DNA of 64,000 nt from Candidatus Auribacterota bacterium (GCA_022711655.1 JAKLEM010000003.1:10710-74709); one strand, 5' to 3'; positions 1-10,599 are shown, counted from the first letter of the stretch. Numbers and translations: made by a program. Notes: generated by a model from the letters alone, not told the origin.

Positions 1-689
1 TCCTCGTATTCATGCAGCAGCGCCCGCCGCCGCATCTCGAGCTTGAGCCGGCCGATCAGCCGTGCGCCGTATCCCTGGACGATCAGGACGGCCTCGCCGA
101 TAAGGTCGCGGTAGGCCTCCGGCGAGATCTCTCCGAGACAGGGCCGCAGGCAGGCGCCGATCTTGGCGTACATGCAGTGCTTCGCGTGCTCTTTCTGGAG
201 CACGGGATGGCTGCAGCCGCGCAGCTTGAAGATCCCCTGTATCAGCATGACGACCTTCTTGAGGCCCGTCGAGTCGGTGTACGGCCCGAAGTACTCGGCG
301 CCGTCGTCCTTGGGGAATCGCACGATCGTGAAGCGAGGGAACGTCTCGTTCATGGACAGTCGCAGCATCGGATAGCGCTTGTCGTCCCTGAGGGCGATAT
401 TGTATTTCGGCTGGAACTCCCTGATCAGCTTCGCCTCGAGAAGCAGCGCCTCTTCCTCGCTCTTGAGAGGCACGCACTCGAGGTCGGCGACGTCGGCCGC
501 CATCGCCCGGGTCTTCGGCTCGACATAGCCTTTCTTCTGGAAGTACGACGATACCCTCTTCCGGAGCGACACCGCCTTGCCGATATAGATGATACCCCCG
601 TCCGCGCCGCGCATGATGTAGACCCCCGGCGAGAGGGGGAGTTTCTTCAGCTTTTCTCTGATCCTTGACAAAATGAAACTTGTTGACAT
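1..689 (-). CDS. uvrC: Excinuclease ABC subunit C (UvrC), N-terminal part; gene runs off the left edge
   Basis: Absent from the ORF track because it has no in-window stop. Hand translation of the minus strand from the ATG at 687-689 gives MSTSFILSRIREKLKKLPLSPGVYIMRGADGGIIYIGKAVSLRKRVSSYF..EALLLEAKLIREFQPKYNIALRDDKRYP..YFGPY, which matches the GIY-YIG N-terminus of UvrC. The plus-strand ORF 12..668 is its antisense shadow. Confidence 0.9.
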   Translation of the reverse strand, partial: MSTSFILSRIREKLKKLPLSPGVYIMRGADGGIIYIGKAVSLRKRVSSYFQKKGYVEPKTRAMAADVADLECVPLKSEEEALLLEAKLIREFQPKYNIALRDDKRYPMLRLSMNETFPRFTIVRFPKDDGAEYFGPYTDSTGLKKVVMLIQGIFKLRGCSHPVLQKEHAKHCMYAKIGACLRPCLGEISPEAYRDLIGEAVLIVQGYGARLIGRLKLEMRRRALLHEYE

Positions 690-822
690 TAGCCTGCCTG
701 TCTGGTAACTTCCTTCCTCACGATCAAGCGGGAAGTTTGCCCGTCTGATCAGGGGAACCTAAACGCTTCCCCCGCTACGCTCTATAACACAAGGTGCGCT
801 CACAGATCAAACGGAGGAATAG

Positions 823-1089
823 ATGCCTACACATAAGTCAGCACTAAAACGTCTTCGCCAGTCGAAAAAGAACCATACGCGCAACGTCGAAACACGAAGC
901 GAACTCAAAACGCTGTCTCAGAAATTCAACGCCCTCGTCCTCGACAAAAAAAAGGACGAAGCCGCAAAGATGCTGCCGCTTGTCTGCAGCGAGCTCGATA
1001 AGGCCTCGAAACGCGGCATCGTCCATGACAGGACCGCGTCCCGGAAAAAATCGCGCCTCGCGCTCAAGCTGAACAAGATCGCGAAGTAA
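823..1089 (+). CDS. rpsT: 30S ribosomal protein S20
   Basis: 88 aa, MPTHKSALKRLRQSKKNHTRN..., a basic helical protein typical of S20. GGAGG lies upstream of the ATG. Confidence 0.95.
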   Translation: MPTHKSALKRLRQSKKNHTRNVETRSELKTLSQKFNALVLDKKKDEAAKMLPLVCSELDKASKRGIVHDRTASRKKSRLALKLNKIAK

Positions 1090-1116
1090 CAGCTCGTCAG
1101 GTGCTTACGAAAGAAA

Positions 1117-1146
1117 GGGAGAGATCGTTCAGATCTCTCCCTTTTC
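1117..1146. terminator. Bidirectional intrinsic terminator between convergent rpsT and holA
   Basis: GGGAGAGATC (1117-1126) and GATCTCTCCC (1132-1141) form a 10-bp stem with loop GTTCA. It is followed by TTTT and preceded by an A-rich run. Confidence 0.6.
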
Positions 1147-1158
1147 ATTGTCAGCCGC

Positions 1159-2136
1159 CTACCGGCAGAGCGCGATGATCAGGCGCTCCATCGCCGCTGC
1201 TTCATCCCTGAGCCCCTTCTTGATCGACACGTCCGCGTCCAACAGCAGCGAGAGACATGCAGCCTTATCGAGCCGCGAAAAGCTCCGTACGTTGCGGAAA
1301 AAATCTCCCGCGTACTTCGGATAGACCTTGAAAGCCCCCGCGACCTCCTGCTCCCCTTTCCCCTCGCGGAACATCTCGTCGGCCTGGAAAAGGCGGACCA
1401 GCTGCCACCGGAGAAGACCGACCAGCTCGAAGGCGTCCTTCCCCTCCTGCATCAGCCTGACCAGGAGCGCCAGCGCCTTTTTCTTGTCGCGCCCGCCGAT
1501 CGCGTTCGTCAGCTCGAAGACGTCCTCTGTCCGAACCCGGACGACGACGCAATCGACGTCGGCAAAACTGATCCGGCCCCGCTCGCCGGCGTAGAGGATC
1601 AGCTTTTCCGCCTCGCTGACAACATCCTGCAGCACCGTCCCCGCATGCTCGACGAACAATGAGAGGGCGTCCGCGTCGACCGATTTCCCCGCTTTACGGA
1701 AATAGTCTGCGGACCATGCCTGAAGCTGGTTGGGATAGAGCGGGTCGCACGCCACGACGATCCCTTGCCGATCCGCCTCCTTATAGGCCTTGGTGCGCTT
1801 GTCGATCGCCGAGACGCAGAACACGACGCACGCGTAAGGCGACGGGTCGGTTATGTACGAAAGGAACTGCTCGGCGTCCTTGAGATAGGGGTCGGCGGGA
1901 TCGACCACGATCAGCTTCTTCCCTCCGAAGAACGGCATCATCGACGCGCTTTCGACCACCTGCGGCAGCCCCGTCTCCCGGCCCGAATATTTCTCATAGC
2001 TCATCGGGTCGGTGACGATCTTCTCCTTGAGGAAAGACGCCGCCTCTCTCTGGAGATACGTTTCCGCCCCGGCGAGGATATAGCACGGCCGGACATCGCC
2101 CGACGCAATTTTTTTTCTCAGCTCGGTGAGGTTCAT
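1159..2136 (-). CDS. holA: DNA polymerase III delta subunit
   Basis: 325 aa. The N-terminus ...PCYILAGAETYLQREAASFLKEKIV and the overall length fit HolA. The lptE-holA adjacency matches that in E. coli. Confidence 0.8.
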   Translation of the reverse strand: MNLTELRKKIASGDVRPCYILAGAETYLQREAASFLKEKIVTDPMSYEKYSGRETGLPQVVESASMMPFFGGKKLIVVDPADPYLKDAEQFLSYITDPSPYACVVFCVSAIDKRTKAYKEADRQGIVVACDPLYPNQLQAWSADYFRKAGKSVDADALSLFVEHAGTVLQDVVSEAEKLILYAGERGRISFADVDCVVVRVRTEDVFELTNAIGGRDKKKALALLVRLMQEGKDAFELVGLLRWQLVRLFQADEMFREGKGEQEVAGAFKVYPKYAGDFFRNVRSFSRLDKAACLSLLLDADVSIKKGLRDEAAAMERLIIALCR

Positions 2137-2151
2137 GAAAGCCGCCTAAAT

Positions 2152-2186
2152 AAAAAAAGCGGATCAGGCCTGAAGCCACGATCCGC
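2152..2186 (-). terminator. Intrinsic terminator after lptE
   Basis: On the minus strand, GCGGATC..GATCCGC forms a 7-bp stem with a 14-nt loop, followed by U7 (the complement of A-run 2152-2158). Confidence 0.5.
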
Positions 2187-2206
2187 GCGCCAGCGTCTCC
2201 GGAATG

Positions 2207-2719
2207 TCACCAGCCGCCGTCGGTAACCTTTTCGGAGACATCTCGGGCGAAGTTCTGCATGGCGCTGGGCCAGGCGACGCGCTCCGATTCCTGCTGACTG
2301 GACCCGAGGACATAGTTGGACTCGCCGTACGCCTTGCTTGTCCGCCAGATGATCTCGCCGGTCTTGGCGTCGCGCATCTGCAGCTTGGCGATAAACGTGA
2401 TTCGGAACTCGTTAGTGACGTCTTGGTTATTGAAGGTGTTGGCTTCGCGGCGGTATTCGATAATATCTCCTTCGAGGATGTAATCGGCGTCTTTCGCGCC
2501 GACGATCTGATACCCTCCGTCAACCATAAGCCGGTCGATCACCGCCGCCGTCGCCTGCCCCTCGATCCCGTATTTTCCTGTCGTGTTCTTGAAAACGGGG
2601 ACATGCAGCTTCCGCTTATCCGTATCACCGACCTTTATCGAGCCGACCTGGTATCCGCATCCGGTGAGGGTGCCGATACATGCGATCAGACAAAACGCCA
2701 GAACCAGCTTTTTCACCAA
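2207..2719 (-). CDS. lptE: LPS-assembly lipoprotein LptE-like
   Basis: Has a signal peptide with lipobox LTGC, is about 170 aa, and lies next to holA. The track start is TTG. The GTG one codon downstream (2716) has better spacing to GAGGGG. Confidence 0.62.
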   Translation of the reverse strand: MVKKLVLAFCLIACIGTLTGCGYQVGSIKVGDTDKRKLHVPVFKNTTGKYGIEGQATAAVIDRLMVDGGYQIVGAKDADYILEGDIIEYRREANTFNNQDVTNEFRITFIAKLQMRDAKTGEIIWRTSKAYGESNYVLGSSQQESERVAWPSAMQNFARDVSEKVTDGGW

Positions 2720-2731
2720 AAGACCCCTCTG

Positions 2732-4693
2732 TTATTGCAACTGAACGATGATCGCGTTATCTTCATCGGTCACCTGAAACCGCGCGTGGCCTTCAAAATC
2801 GATCACGAAGGCGTTCACCTGCCAGCCGCTCTCTGTCTCTTCCCTATTCCGGTAATGGCTGCGGACAGACTTGAAACCCGCCTTGCCGATATCGATACGG
2901 TCATCGAGGCGTGAGTAGACCGGCGACTTCATGGCGATCATGAGCCGCGTCGGGTTCTTCAGCTCGTATGCGGCGTACTGCGCCGGCTTGTTCGTTATGA
3001 AAACAAGCTTGCATCCATTGTTCGTCTCGACCAGCTTCAAATCGACGATCTGTACCACGTCGAGCTCTTTGGGGATTTCGGACGGCGTCTCATCTGACGG
3101 ACGCCCCACCTGCTCGACGGCAGGTTTCTCGGTTTCCGCAGGCGCGGCGGGGGCGGCCTGCTCTGCGGGTCTGCTCTCCTGTTTTCCCGCCAAATCAACC
3201 TCTTTAGTCGGTTTGGCAGCCGGAGAGACAAATGCAGGGTGTTTCAGCTCGCCTGCGTTTACCGCCTGAGGCTCTTCCGCCAATTCTTTGTCAATATCCT
3301 GTTTGATCTTCGAATCAGCGACCTTCTTCACGTCCTCGAGCGGCGCACCTTCATCCGCCGTCGCTTTCGGCTCATCGGCCTTCGGAGCACCCTTCATCGT
3401 AAGCGAAGAGCCCTCATCGAATTTTCCGCCGGCATCCTTCGCCGGCTTCTTCTCGTCTTTCTTCCAGACTTCCCAGAAATTCTTTTTCGCGCCCGGAGCG
3501 GCCTTCTCCTTCAGCGGGGCTGCCGCCGGCTCTTCGGCGACCTTCTTCTCAACGGCCGGCTTCTTCCAGAACTCCCAGATCTTCTTCTTGGGAGCCTGCT
3601 GCGCGGCCGGCTGAACCGCCTCAAGCGGCTGTTCCGAAGGCGTCTCGACGGCTTTCTTCTTCATGAACGGTATCGGGATCGACGGCATCTTCAGATTGGA
3701 CAGGAACGGCTTCTTCGGCGTGTCGTCATACTTCTTGCTGGTCGGCTTAATGATCAGCTCGTCGATCCGCTTCTCGGCGGCGATCGCCATCTGCGTGCCG
3801 GGGTTCTCGTTGATCACGTCCTGATAATAGATGATCGCCGCCTCGTCGCTGCCTTCCTTGTCGTAGAACTTCGCGATATCGTAGGACTTGGAGGCCCTGC
3901 GCTCGACCAGCGACGTGAGCTTCGCCCGAACATCGGGCGCCTTGCGGCTCCTCGGGTATTTTGCGAGAAAATCCTTCATCGAGCCGACGGCGATGTTCGT
4001 CGCGGTCTGGTCGTAGGGCGCCTCGCTCGAGCGCAGGTACCCGCACATGCAGGCCTGGTACGATGCCTCGACGACGAGCTCGCTCTCGGGGTAGTTATTG
4101 ACGACCTTCTGGTATTCGGGGATCGCTTCCGAATAGCGCTTGATGCTGCGGTACGCCTCGCCGACGTTGAACTGCGCGCGCGGCGCGTACGAGCTGAACG
4201 GCGCGCTCCGAACGATGTGCTCGAACACCTCGATCGCCTTGTCCTTGCCGGGAAGTATCTTCATCCCCGCGATCGACGCTTTTTCGCCGGCGAGGTAGAG
4301 GTTTCCGATGCGGTACTCGCGCTCGACGATCTCGATAAACCGCTTGTAGGACGGATAGTTGTCTATGACTTTCGCGTATTCCTTGAACGCGCCGTAAAAG
4401 TCGCCGTCGCCTTCCTTAAGGATGCCGACCATATACTGGGCGTCGGGTGCGTAGACCGAAGCGGGATACTGCCTGACAAGGCGCAGATACTCCCTGACGG
4501 CTCCCTTGGTGTCCCCCATATCCTCTTTTTCCCGCGCCTTCTCGTACTGAAGCCGCGCCGACCGTTTCTCGATATCCTTTTCGCTGATCCACTGGCCCGA
4601 TTCGGGGGTCCACAGCCAGTCCTTCGCGAGAGCGAACCCGCTCGTCGCCAGGAGGATACATACCGTTATCGCCGCCAGATTAAAACGTTTCAT
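2732..4693 (-). CDS. BamD/YfiO-like TPR outer-membrane assembly lipoprotein fused to a K/P/A/E-rich linker and a C-terminal AMIN-like domain
   Basis: Signal peptide, then BamD-like TPR helices (AVREYLRLVRQYPASVYAPDAQY..., FNVGEAYRSIKRYSEAIPEYQKVVNNYPES). A low-complexity linker follows. The C-terminal ~110 aa (VVQIVDLKLVETNNGCKLVFITNKP..NPTRLMIAMK..FVIDFEG..IIVQLQ) show an AMIN-like pattern. Confidence 0.65.
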   Translation of the reverse strand: MKRFNLAAITVCILLATSGFALAKDWLWTPESGQWISEKDIEKRSARLQYEKAREKEDMGDTKGAVREYLRLVRQYPASVYAPDAQYMVGILKEGDGDFYGAFKEYAKVIDNYPSYKRFIEIVEREYRIGNLYLAGEKASIAGMKILPGKDKAIEVFEHIVRSAPFSSYAPRAQFNVGEAYRSIKRYSEAIPEYQKVVNNYPESELVVEASYQACMCGYLRSSEAPYDQTATNIAVGSMKDFLAKYPRSRKAPDVRAKLTSLVERRASKSYDIAKFYDKEGSDEAAIIYYQDVINENPGTQMAIAAEKRIDELIIKPTSKKYDDTPKKPFLSNLKMPSIPIPFMKKKAVETPSEQPLEAVQPAAQQAPKKKIWEFWKKPAVEKKVAEEPAAAPLKEKAAPGAKKNFWEVWKKDEKKPAKDAGGKFDEGSSLTMKGAPKADEPKATADEGAPLEDVKKVADSKIKQDIDKELAEEPQAVNAGELKHPAFVSPAAKPTKEVDLAGKQESRPAEQAAPAAPAETEKPAVEQVGRPSDETPSEIPKELDVVQIVDLKLVETNNGCKLVFITNKPAQYAAYELKNPTRLMIAMKSPVYSRLDDRIDIGKAGFKSVRSHYRNREETESGWQVNAFVIDFEGHARFQVTDEDNAIIVQLQ

Positions 4694-4750
4694 AAGAGGA
4701 TCCTTTGCGCGTGAAGTCCGGAAAACAAACCCCGCTATTATTCTTTTTTT

Positions 4751-5218
4751 TTATCGCACTGTCAACAGTATTATGATCAGCCGCAGGCAGATGTTGGAGT
4801 AGACGCCGGCGACGACGTCGTCGAGCATGATCCCCAGCCCCCCGTGCAGCTGTTCTATCCTCCTGATCGGATAGGGCTTGAGGATATCGAAGATCCGGTT
4901 GAGGAAGAACCCGATCACCATCATCCAGAGCGTGGGATTCGCGATCAGGAACATCGTCACGAAATATCCCGCGACCTCGTCGATGACGATCTTGTGGGAG
5001 TCCTTTTCCTTGTAGATGTGCTCGGCCTCGGTGCTGACGCATACCCCGAGCACGATCATCGACAGCATAACGACGGCGTGAGCGATGACGTGGTTGCGTA
5101 TCAGGAAGAAGATCGCGAAGGCGGCCAGCGTCCCCGCCGTCCCCGACGCGACCGGGCAATAGCCGATATAAAAGAAGCTCGACAGGAGGATGATGACCTT
5201 CTCCCTCGCTTTGTTCAT
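4751..5218 (-). CDS. pgpA: Phosphatidylglycerophosphatase A
   Basis: 155-aa membrane protein with the motif YIGYCPVASGTAGTLAAF typical of PgpA. It lies adjacent to pgsA. Confidence 0.8.
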   Translation of the reverse strand: MNKAREKVIILLSSFFYIGYCPVASGTAGTLAAFAIFFLIRNHVIAHAVVMLSMIVLGVCVSTEAEHIYKEKDSHKIVIDEVAGYFVTMFLIANPTLWMMVIGFFLNRIFDILKPYPIRRIEQLHGGLGIMLDDVVAGVYSNICLRLIIILLTVR

Positions 5219-5230
5219 CTCGCAGCCTCC

Positions 5231-5830
5231 TTATGCCGATCTCATATACAGGTGGCGGTTGTCGGACAGATAGACGAAGCCGGAATAGGCCGTCAGGGCG
5301 GCGACGCCGCACGTCAGCCAGAACGCCCCCTGCGCGATCCTCGCATCGATCAGCGGACCGACGACGCCCCACGTGCTCGAGTAGAGCGAAAGGAACTCGC
5401 GGATCGTGAGCAGGATCAGGATGAGCGTGATCACTGCGATCTGCAGGATCGTCTTGCTTTTCCCCCACTTATCCGCCGACAGCACCTGTCCTTTGGAAAG
5501 CGCCAGCATGCGCAGGCCGGTCACGACGAATTCGCGGCAGACGATGACGATGACCAGCCATGCCGCGAGTTGTACCGGCGCGATCTGGACGAACGACACG
5601 AACGCGATCGACACCAGGATCTTGTCGGCGACCGGGTCGAGCAGCTTGCCGTAATCGCTCTCAAGCTTCATCTTGCGCGCCAGGACGCCGTCGTACATGT
5701 CGGTAAAGCTCGCCAGGCTGAAGAAAAAGAGGGCGAGCGTCTTCGAAAGAGGGAAATCGATCAGGAGCGCCGCCATGAAAAAGAAGGCGAGTATCACGCG
5801 CATCGTTGTCAGCTTGTTCGGCAGGTTCAT
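5231..5830 (-). CDS. pgsA: CDP-diacylglycerol--glycerol-3-phosphate 3-phosphatidyltransferase
   Basis: Carries the CDP-alcohol phosphatidyltransferase motif DMYDGVLARKMKLESDYGKLLDPVADK. Confidence 0.9.
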   Translation of the reverse strand: MNLPNKLTTMRVILAFFFMAALLIDFPLSKTLALFFFSLASFTDMYDGVLARKMKLESDYGKLLDPVADKILVSIAFVSFVQIAPVQLAAWLVIVIVCREFVVTGLRMLALSKGQVLSADKWGKSKTILQIAVITLILILLTIREFLSLYSSTWGVVGPLIDARIAQGAFWLTCGVAALTAYSGFVYLSDNRHLYMRSA

Positions 5831-7227
5831 TTACAGCCCTTCTTTTTCGGCGCCGCGCGCCGCACGGTCCCCTCGATATCGTATATGTACGCCTTGGTTA
5901 TGTCCACCGTGACGATGCTGCCGGGGCGAAGCCGGGCGCCGCGGACGATCACGGTATTGTCGACGTCGGGGGCGTCGGCAAAGGTTCGACCGCGGTACAG
6001 GCCTTCTTTCATTTCGGTGTCGATTATCACGTCCCGCACCTCGCCGACAATCGCGCGGTTAATCTCCGCGGATATCGCCTGCTGGGCCGACATGACCTGC
6101 GCGAGCCTCGCTTTTTTCGCGGCCATGCTCACTTGGCCCTTCATCCCGTGGGCGTCCGTCCCCACCTCGCGCGAATAGGCGAACGCCCCGAGGCGGTCGA
6201 AACGCGACCGCGTCACGAAATCGAGGAGCGACTCGAACGCCTTTTCCGTTTCGCCGGGAAGGCCGACGATCACCGACGTCCTCAGCGCGACGCCGGGGAT
6301 CTCGCACCTGAGCCGGTCAATCAATTTTTCGATGTCGCGCCGGGTCGCTTTCCGCCGCATCGCCGACAGGATGCCGTCGTCGATGTGCTGTATCGGCATA
6401 TCGACATACCGGCAGAGCTTCGGTATCCCTTTCAGCGCGGCGATCAGGTCCGCGCCTATATGGGCCGGGTGCGCGTAGAGTACCCGGATCCACTGCAGCC
6501 CGCGTATCTCCGCGAGCTTCTCGAGCAGCCGCGCCAGCGACCGTTTACCGTAGAGGTCCTCGCCGTAGCGCGTCGTGTCCTGGGCGATCAGGTTGATCTC
6601 GGCCACGCCGCTGTCGGCAAGGCGCCGGGCCTCTTTGACCACCGACTCAAGCCGCCTGCTCCTGAACGCCCCGCGTATCGACGGGATCAGGCAATAAGCG
6701 CACCCGTTCGAGCACCCTTCGGCGATCTTGACGTACGCGGAATGCCGCGCCGTCGATAGGGCGCGCGGCGTCGCATGATCGTACATAAATACGGGCTCGG
6801 CCGTGATCGAGACGACCGGGGCCGCGCCGCTCTTCTTATCGAGGACCGCGCGGACGACCGAACCGATCTCGAGGATATCGCCCGGGCCGACGAACGCGTC
6901 GGCATCGGCGAACTCCCCGGGTCCGTCCCCTTTTCCCCCGCGCGCGAGCTCCTCGCGGTAGAATTTCGGCGCGCACCCCGTGACGATAAGCGCCCGGAGC
7001 TTACCGCTCCTTTTGTAACGGCCGACGCTCCCGACGGTCTGCTTCGCCTCCAGGCGCGCGCTTTCCAAAAAACCGCAGGTATTGACGATCACGATCTCCG
7101 CATCGGTCGGGTCGGGCGTCATCCGCATCCCGGCCTGCGACAGCAGACCGATCATCACTTCGCTGTCGACAAGGTTCTTCGTGCATCCGAGGCTGATAAG
7201 AGAGAAAGAAAGCATATTCCTGTTCAC
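5827..7227 (-). CDS. rimO: Ribosomal protein S12 methylthiotransferase RimO
   Basis: N-terminal UPF0004 domain (LGCTKNLVDSE), radical-SAM motif CSNGCAYC, and a C-terminal TRAM-like region. There is a 4-nt overlap with the pgsA start. Confidence 0.88.
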   Translation of the reverse strand: MNRNMLSFSLISLGCTKNLVDSEVMIGLLSQAGMRMTPDPTDAEIVIVNTCGFLESARLEAKQTVGSVGRYKRSGKLRALIVTGCAPKFYREELARGGKGDGPGEFADADAFVGPGDILEIGSVVRAVLDKKSGAAPVVSITAEPVFMYDHATPRALSTARHSAYVKIAEGCSNGCAYCLIPSIRGAFRSRRLESVVKEARRLADSGVAEINLIAQDTTRYGEDLYGKRSLARLLEKLAEIRGLQWIRVLYAHPAHIGADLIAALKGIPKLCRYVDMPIQHIDDGILSAMRRKATRRDIEKLIDRLRCEIPGVALRTSVIVGLPGETEKAFESLLDFVTRSRFDRLGAFAYSREVGTDAHGMKGQVSMAAKKARLAQVMSAQQAISAEINRAIVGEVRDVIIDTEMKEGLYRGRTFADAPDVDNTVIVRGARLRPGSIVTVDITKAYIYDIEGTVRRAAPKKKGCK

Positions 7228-7306
7228 ATAAGCCGGAAACGATCAGAGCGCGAGGCACGGGATGTGCGCCGGGCGCCCCGCGCCGGTAAGAAGGGACGGC
7301 GGAACG

Positions 7307-8164
7307 TCACTGCTTTTTCAGGCGTTTGAGGTCTTCCTGCCCGATCTCGAGCGTCTTCACCTCTCCGGACTTGCCGATGTCCTTGACCGGGATGTTGTTC
7401 AAGAGCAGCGTCACGCCTCCTGCGTTACCCAACTTTAGGGAGAAGCCTTTTTTCGCCTTCCATGACTCCTTGTCGCCGCTCTTCAGCGTATCTTCGAAAA
7501 CAAGCTGGTCGTCGGCCTTCACACGCATCCAGACGTTGTCTTTGACATCGGCAGTCAGCGTCAGGTCCTCTTCGACGACGATGCTCTCCGCGACCGTCGC
7601 CAGCCCGTACTGGGCCGGCATCTTGGCGCGCTTGCCCGCCGGAAGCTTTATGTCGGCCGCGATCGTCGGCGAATCAGGACGGACCTTCACCGGGCTTTTG
7701 TTCGGGGAGGCGCGCCCCCCGAGAGAGACCGCCGCCTTGCGGTGCGCGCCGCGCTCCTTGATAATGTGAACCAGCTTGACCACCCCGAAAACCGCGCCGG
7801 CAACGATGCCAAGCGCCAGCAGCAGCCCGATAACGAGAACGACGATCTGCGGGTTGACCTGCACGCCCGGGCCGGAGACCTCCTGTTTCCTGCCGCCCTT
7901 GTCGTTGAGCCCCATCAGAGAATTCTTCGGCTCCTCGAACAGCTCCTTGAACTGCGCGATGACAAGCGCGGTGTCCAGCCCCAGGTAATCGGTATAGATC
8001 TTGACGAAGCCTTTCAGGTAGGCGGGGGCGCCGATGCTCTTGAAATCGCCGGCTTCCAGAGCCTCGATGATCCTCACGCGGAGCTTGGTCTTATCGGATA
8101 CGTCCGCGACCGTGACGCCTTTCGCTTCACGCGCACTCTTCAGCAGTTCGTTCAATGTGTCCAT
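7307..8164 (-). CDS. rodZ: RodZ-like cytoskeleton protein (HTH, TM segment, DUF4115-type C-terminus)
   Basis: N-terminal HTH (LKSAREAKGVTVADVSDKTKLRVRIIEALE), one TM segment, and a C-terminal block DNVWMRVKADDQLVFEDTLKSGDKESW. Confidence 0.72.
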   Translation of the reverse strand: MDTLNELLKSAREAKGVTVADVSDKTKLRVRIIEALEAGDFKSIGAPAYLKGFVKIYTDYLGLDTALVIAQFKELFEEPKNSLMGLNDKGGRKQEVSGPGVQVNPQIVVLVIGLLLALGIVAGAVFGVVKLVHIIKERGAHRKAAVSLGGRASPNKSPVKVRPDSPTIAADIKLPAGKRAKMPAQYGLATVAESIVVEEDLTLTADVKDNVWMRVKADDQLVFEDTLKSGDKESWKAKKGFSLKLGNAGGVTLLLNNIPVKDIGKSGEVKTLEIGQEDLKRLKKQ

Positions 8165-8199
8165 GGTAGTGTCACCTGTTTGCTTGTGTTGCTATTGGA

Positions 8200-10599
8200 T
8201 TACCTGACTTCTTTCTGCTCCTCGACCGCTTCCTCCTCGGGTTCGACGGACTGCCCGCCGCCGCCTGCCTTGACCAGGATGTCGCGCCCCTTGCTTCCCT
8301 TGTGCGGCCCGACCACCCCCTGCTCTTCCATGATATCGATCAGGCGCGCCGCGCGCGCGTAACCGACCCGCAGTTTCCGCTGGAGAACCGACGCGGACGC
8401 CTGCTGCGTCTGCAGAACAACCTGGACAGCCTGTTCGTACAGGTCGTCGTCGATATCGTCGTCCCCGCCGCCTCCTCCCGCCGCGCCGGCCTTCGGCGAC
8501 GTCTGCAGGACGGTATCGTCGAACTCGGCCTTCCCCTGTTTCTCGATGAATTCGATCACCCGGTTGATCTCCTTGTCGGTCACATACGCGCCCTGCGCCC
8601 TGATCAGTTTGGCCGACCCGGGCGGAAGGAAAAGCATGTCCCCCTTGCCGAGAAGCTTGTCCGCGCCGTTCGCGTCGAGGATCGTGCGGGAATCCACTTT
8701 CGAGGCGACCTGGAAGGCGATACGCGCCGGGAAATTCGCCTTGATCACGCCGGTGATGACGTTGACCGACGGCCGCTGCGTCGCCAGGATCACGTGGATG
8801 CCTACGGCGCGCGACAGCTGGGCGAGGCGCGTGATCGCGTTCTCTATGTCGTCCGGCGCGACCATCATCAGGTCGTTCAGCTCGTCGATGATCACCATGA
8901 TATACGGCAGCGTCTTCGGCACCGCCTCGCCGTTCTCGCCGACGCGCAGCACCTCGCGGTCGGGCCGCGTGTTGAAGCCGACGATGTTCCTGACGCCGAC
9001 ATACGCGAACATGGCGTACCGTTTTTCCATCTCCTTGACCGCCCAGTTGAGCGCGCTGGTAGCGCGCTTCGGGTCGGTCACGACGGGGCAGACGAGGTGC
9101 GGCAGGTTCTTGTACGCAAGCAGCTCGACCTTTTTGGGGTCGACCAGCAGGAGCTTCGCCTCGTCTGGCGTCATGGTGAAAAGGATGCTCAGGATGATCG
9201 TGTTCATGCAGACGGTCTTGCCAGACCCGGTCGTCCCGGCGATCAGGAGGTGCGGCATCTCGGTCATGTCGGCGATGATCGTCTGGCCCTGCACGTCCTT
9301 GCCGAACAGCATCGGCAGCTTGGCGCGCGAGCTCTTGAACCCGGGGCTCAGCAGAAGCTCCTTGAGGCTGACCATCGCCCCCTTGGTGTTGGGGACCTCG
9401 ATCCCGACAGACGCCTTGCCCGGGATCGGCGCGACGATGCGGATGCTGGCAGCCTTCATCGCCAGCGCGATATCGTCCGCAAGCGCGGTGATCCTGTTGA
9501 CCCTCACGCCGGGCGCCGGCTGTACTTCATACGTCGTGATCACCGGCCCGCGCTGCACCTCGACCACCTGCGCGTCGATGCCGAAATCCTTCAGCGTCCC
9601 CTCGAGTATCACCGAGTTGCGCTCCAGGTCGTCCTTGAGGCCTTCGGTGTCGACCCCCGGTGCGTGCTCCAGCAGATCGAGCGGCGGCAGCTGATATTCG
9701 CCGAACATGCTCTCCTTCTGCTGCGCGGGGACGGCGCCGTCTTTCGCCGCGGCGGTTTCCTTCTTCGGTGCGGGGCTCTTCGGCTTGAATTCCTTCAATA
9801 TCTTGTCCGGAATATTGAACACGATATTCTTTTTGACCGGCGGAGGCGGCGGCTCCTGCGTCGTGTCGACCGCCAGCTTCTGCTCGGAACGCGCCCGCGG
9901 CTTCGGCTCGAAAGGGTCTATCCCCTTAAACTCGCGCATCGCCGGCGCGGGGCGCACACCCATCTCGCGCTGGAGATCGATCTTGCGCTGCTCGACCACC
10001 GTCTTGCGCTGGATCCGGTCGCCGAAGCTCATGATCCACGAGAAGACCGACTTGACGAATGCGGCAAGGTCGGCGAATTTGAAATCGAAAAAGAGTGCCA
10101 GCGCGAGGATAAAGACGGGTATCAGCACGATCAGCGACCCTTCCTCGCCGATATACTTCACCAGGACCGCCTTCGAGATCCGGTAGCCGAAGAGCCCGCC
10201 TGCGCCGACGATGTTGAGCTGCGAGGTCAGCGGATGGAGCAGCGCGATGTCGCGCATGCCGAGAAAACACGATACGATGGCCAGCATGATCGCGATACTG
10301 ACGACCGGCTTTCCTGGGTGGACCGGCGCGCGGAACGATTTATACGCGAGGACCAGGAGGAGCAGCGGGACGACGAGCGACCCGAGGCCGAACATGAAAT
10401 AGAACGCGAACGCGAGCTGAGAGCCGATCAGCCCGGTATAATTCTTGACGGGGAGATTGGGCGACGTGGTATTGAACGCGATGTCGCGCACGTCGTAGGA
10501 AAGCAGCGAGAGCGCCACAAAAGCCGCGAGGACGAAAAATACCGTCCCCCAAATGTAGCTCCTGCTTCCCGATTTATCCTGTGTAACCTTTATCGCCAT
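8200..10599 (-). CDS. ftsK: DNA translocase FtsK/SpoIIIE
   Basis: N-terminal TM helices, Walker A GTTGSGKT, and a C-terminal gamma (winged helix) domain. I place the start at the internal ATG (MAIKVTQDK, 10597-10599) rather than the track start at 10665. Confidence 0.9.
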   Translation of the reverse strand: MAIKVTQDKSGSRSYIWGTVFFVLAAFVALSLLSYDVRDIAFNTTSPNLPVKNYTGLIGSQLAFAFYFMFGLGSLVVPLLLLVLAYKSFRAPVHPGKPVVSIAIMLAIVSCFLGMRDIALLHPLTSQLNIVGAGGLFGYRISKAVLVKYIGEEGSLIVLIPVFILALALFFDFKFADLAAFVKSVFSWIMSFGDRIQRKTVVEQRKIDLQREMGVRPAPAMREFKGIDPFEPKPRARSEQKLAVDTTQEPPPPPVKKNIVFNIPDKILKEFKPKSPAPKKETAAAKDGAVPAQQKESMFGEYQLPPLDLLEHAPGVDTEGLKDDLERNSVILEGTLKDFGIDAQVVEVQRGPVITTYEVQPAPGVRVNRITALADDIALAMKAASIRIVAPIPGKASVGIEVPNTKGAMVSLKELLLSPGFKSSRAKLPMLFGKDVQGQTIIADMTEMPHLLIAGTTGSGKTVCMNTIILSILFTMTPDEAKLLLVDPKKVELLAYKNLPHLVCPVVTDPKRATSALNWAVKEMEKRYAMFAYVGVRNIVGFNTRPDREVLRVGENGEAVPKTLPYIMVIIDELNDLMMVAPDDIENAITRLAQLSRAVGIHVILATQRPSVNVITGVIKANFPARIAFQVASKVDSRTILDANGADKLLGKGDMLFLPPGSAKLIRAQGAYVTDKEINRVIEFIEKQGKAEFDDTVLQTSPKAGAAGGGGGDDDIDDDLYEQAVQVVLQTQQASASVLQRKLRVGYARAARLIDIMEEQGVVGPHKGSKGRDILVKAGGGGQSVEPEEEAVEEQKEVR

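Noticed and set aside
12-668. 218-aa plus-strand ORF at the left edge
   Set aside because: Its composition is R/L/D/H-rich and it has no recognisable motifs. The opposite strand encodes a clear UvrC GIY-YIG N-terminus that starts at 689 and runs off the window.
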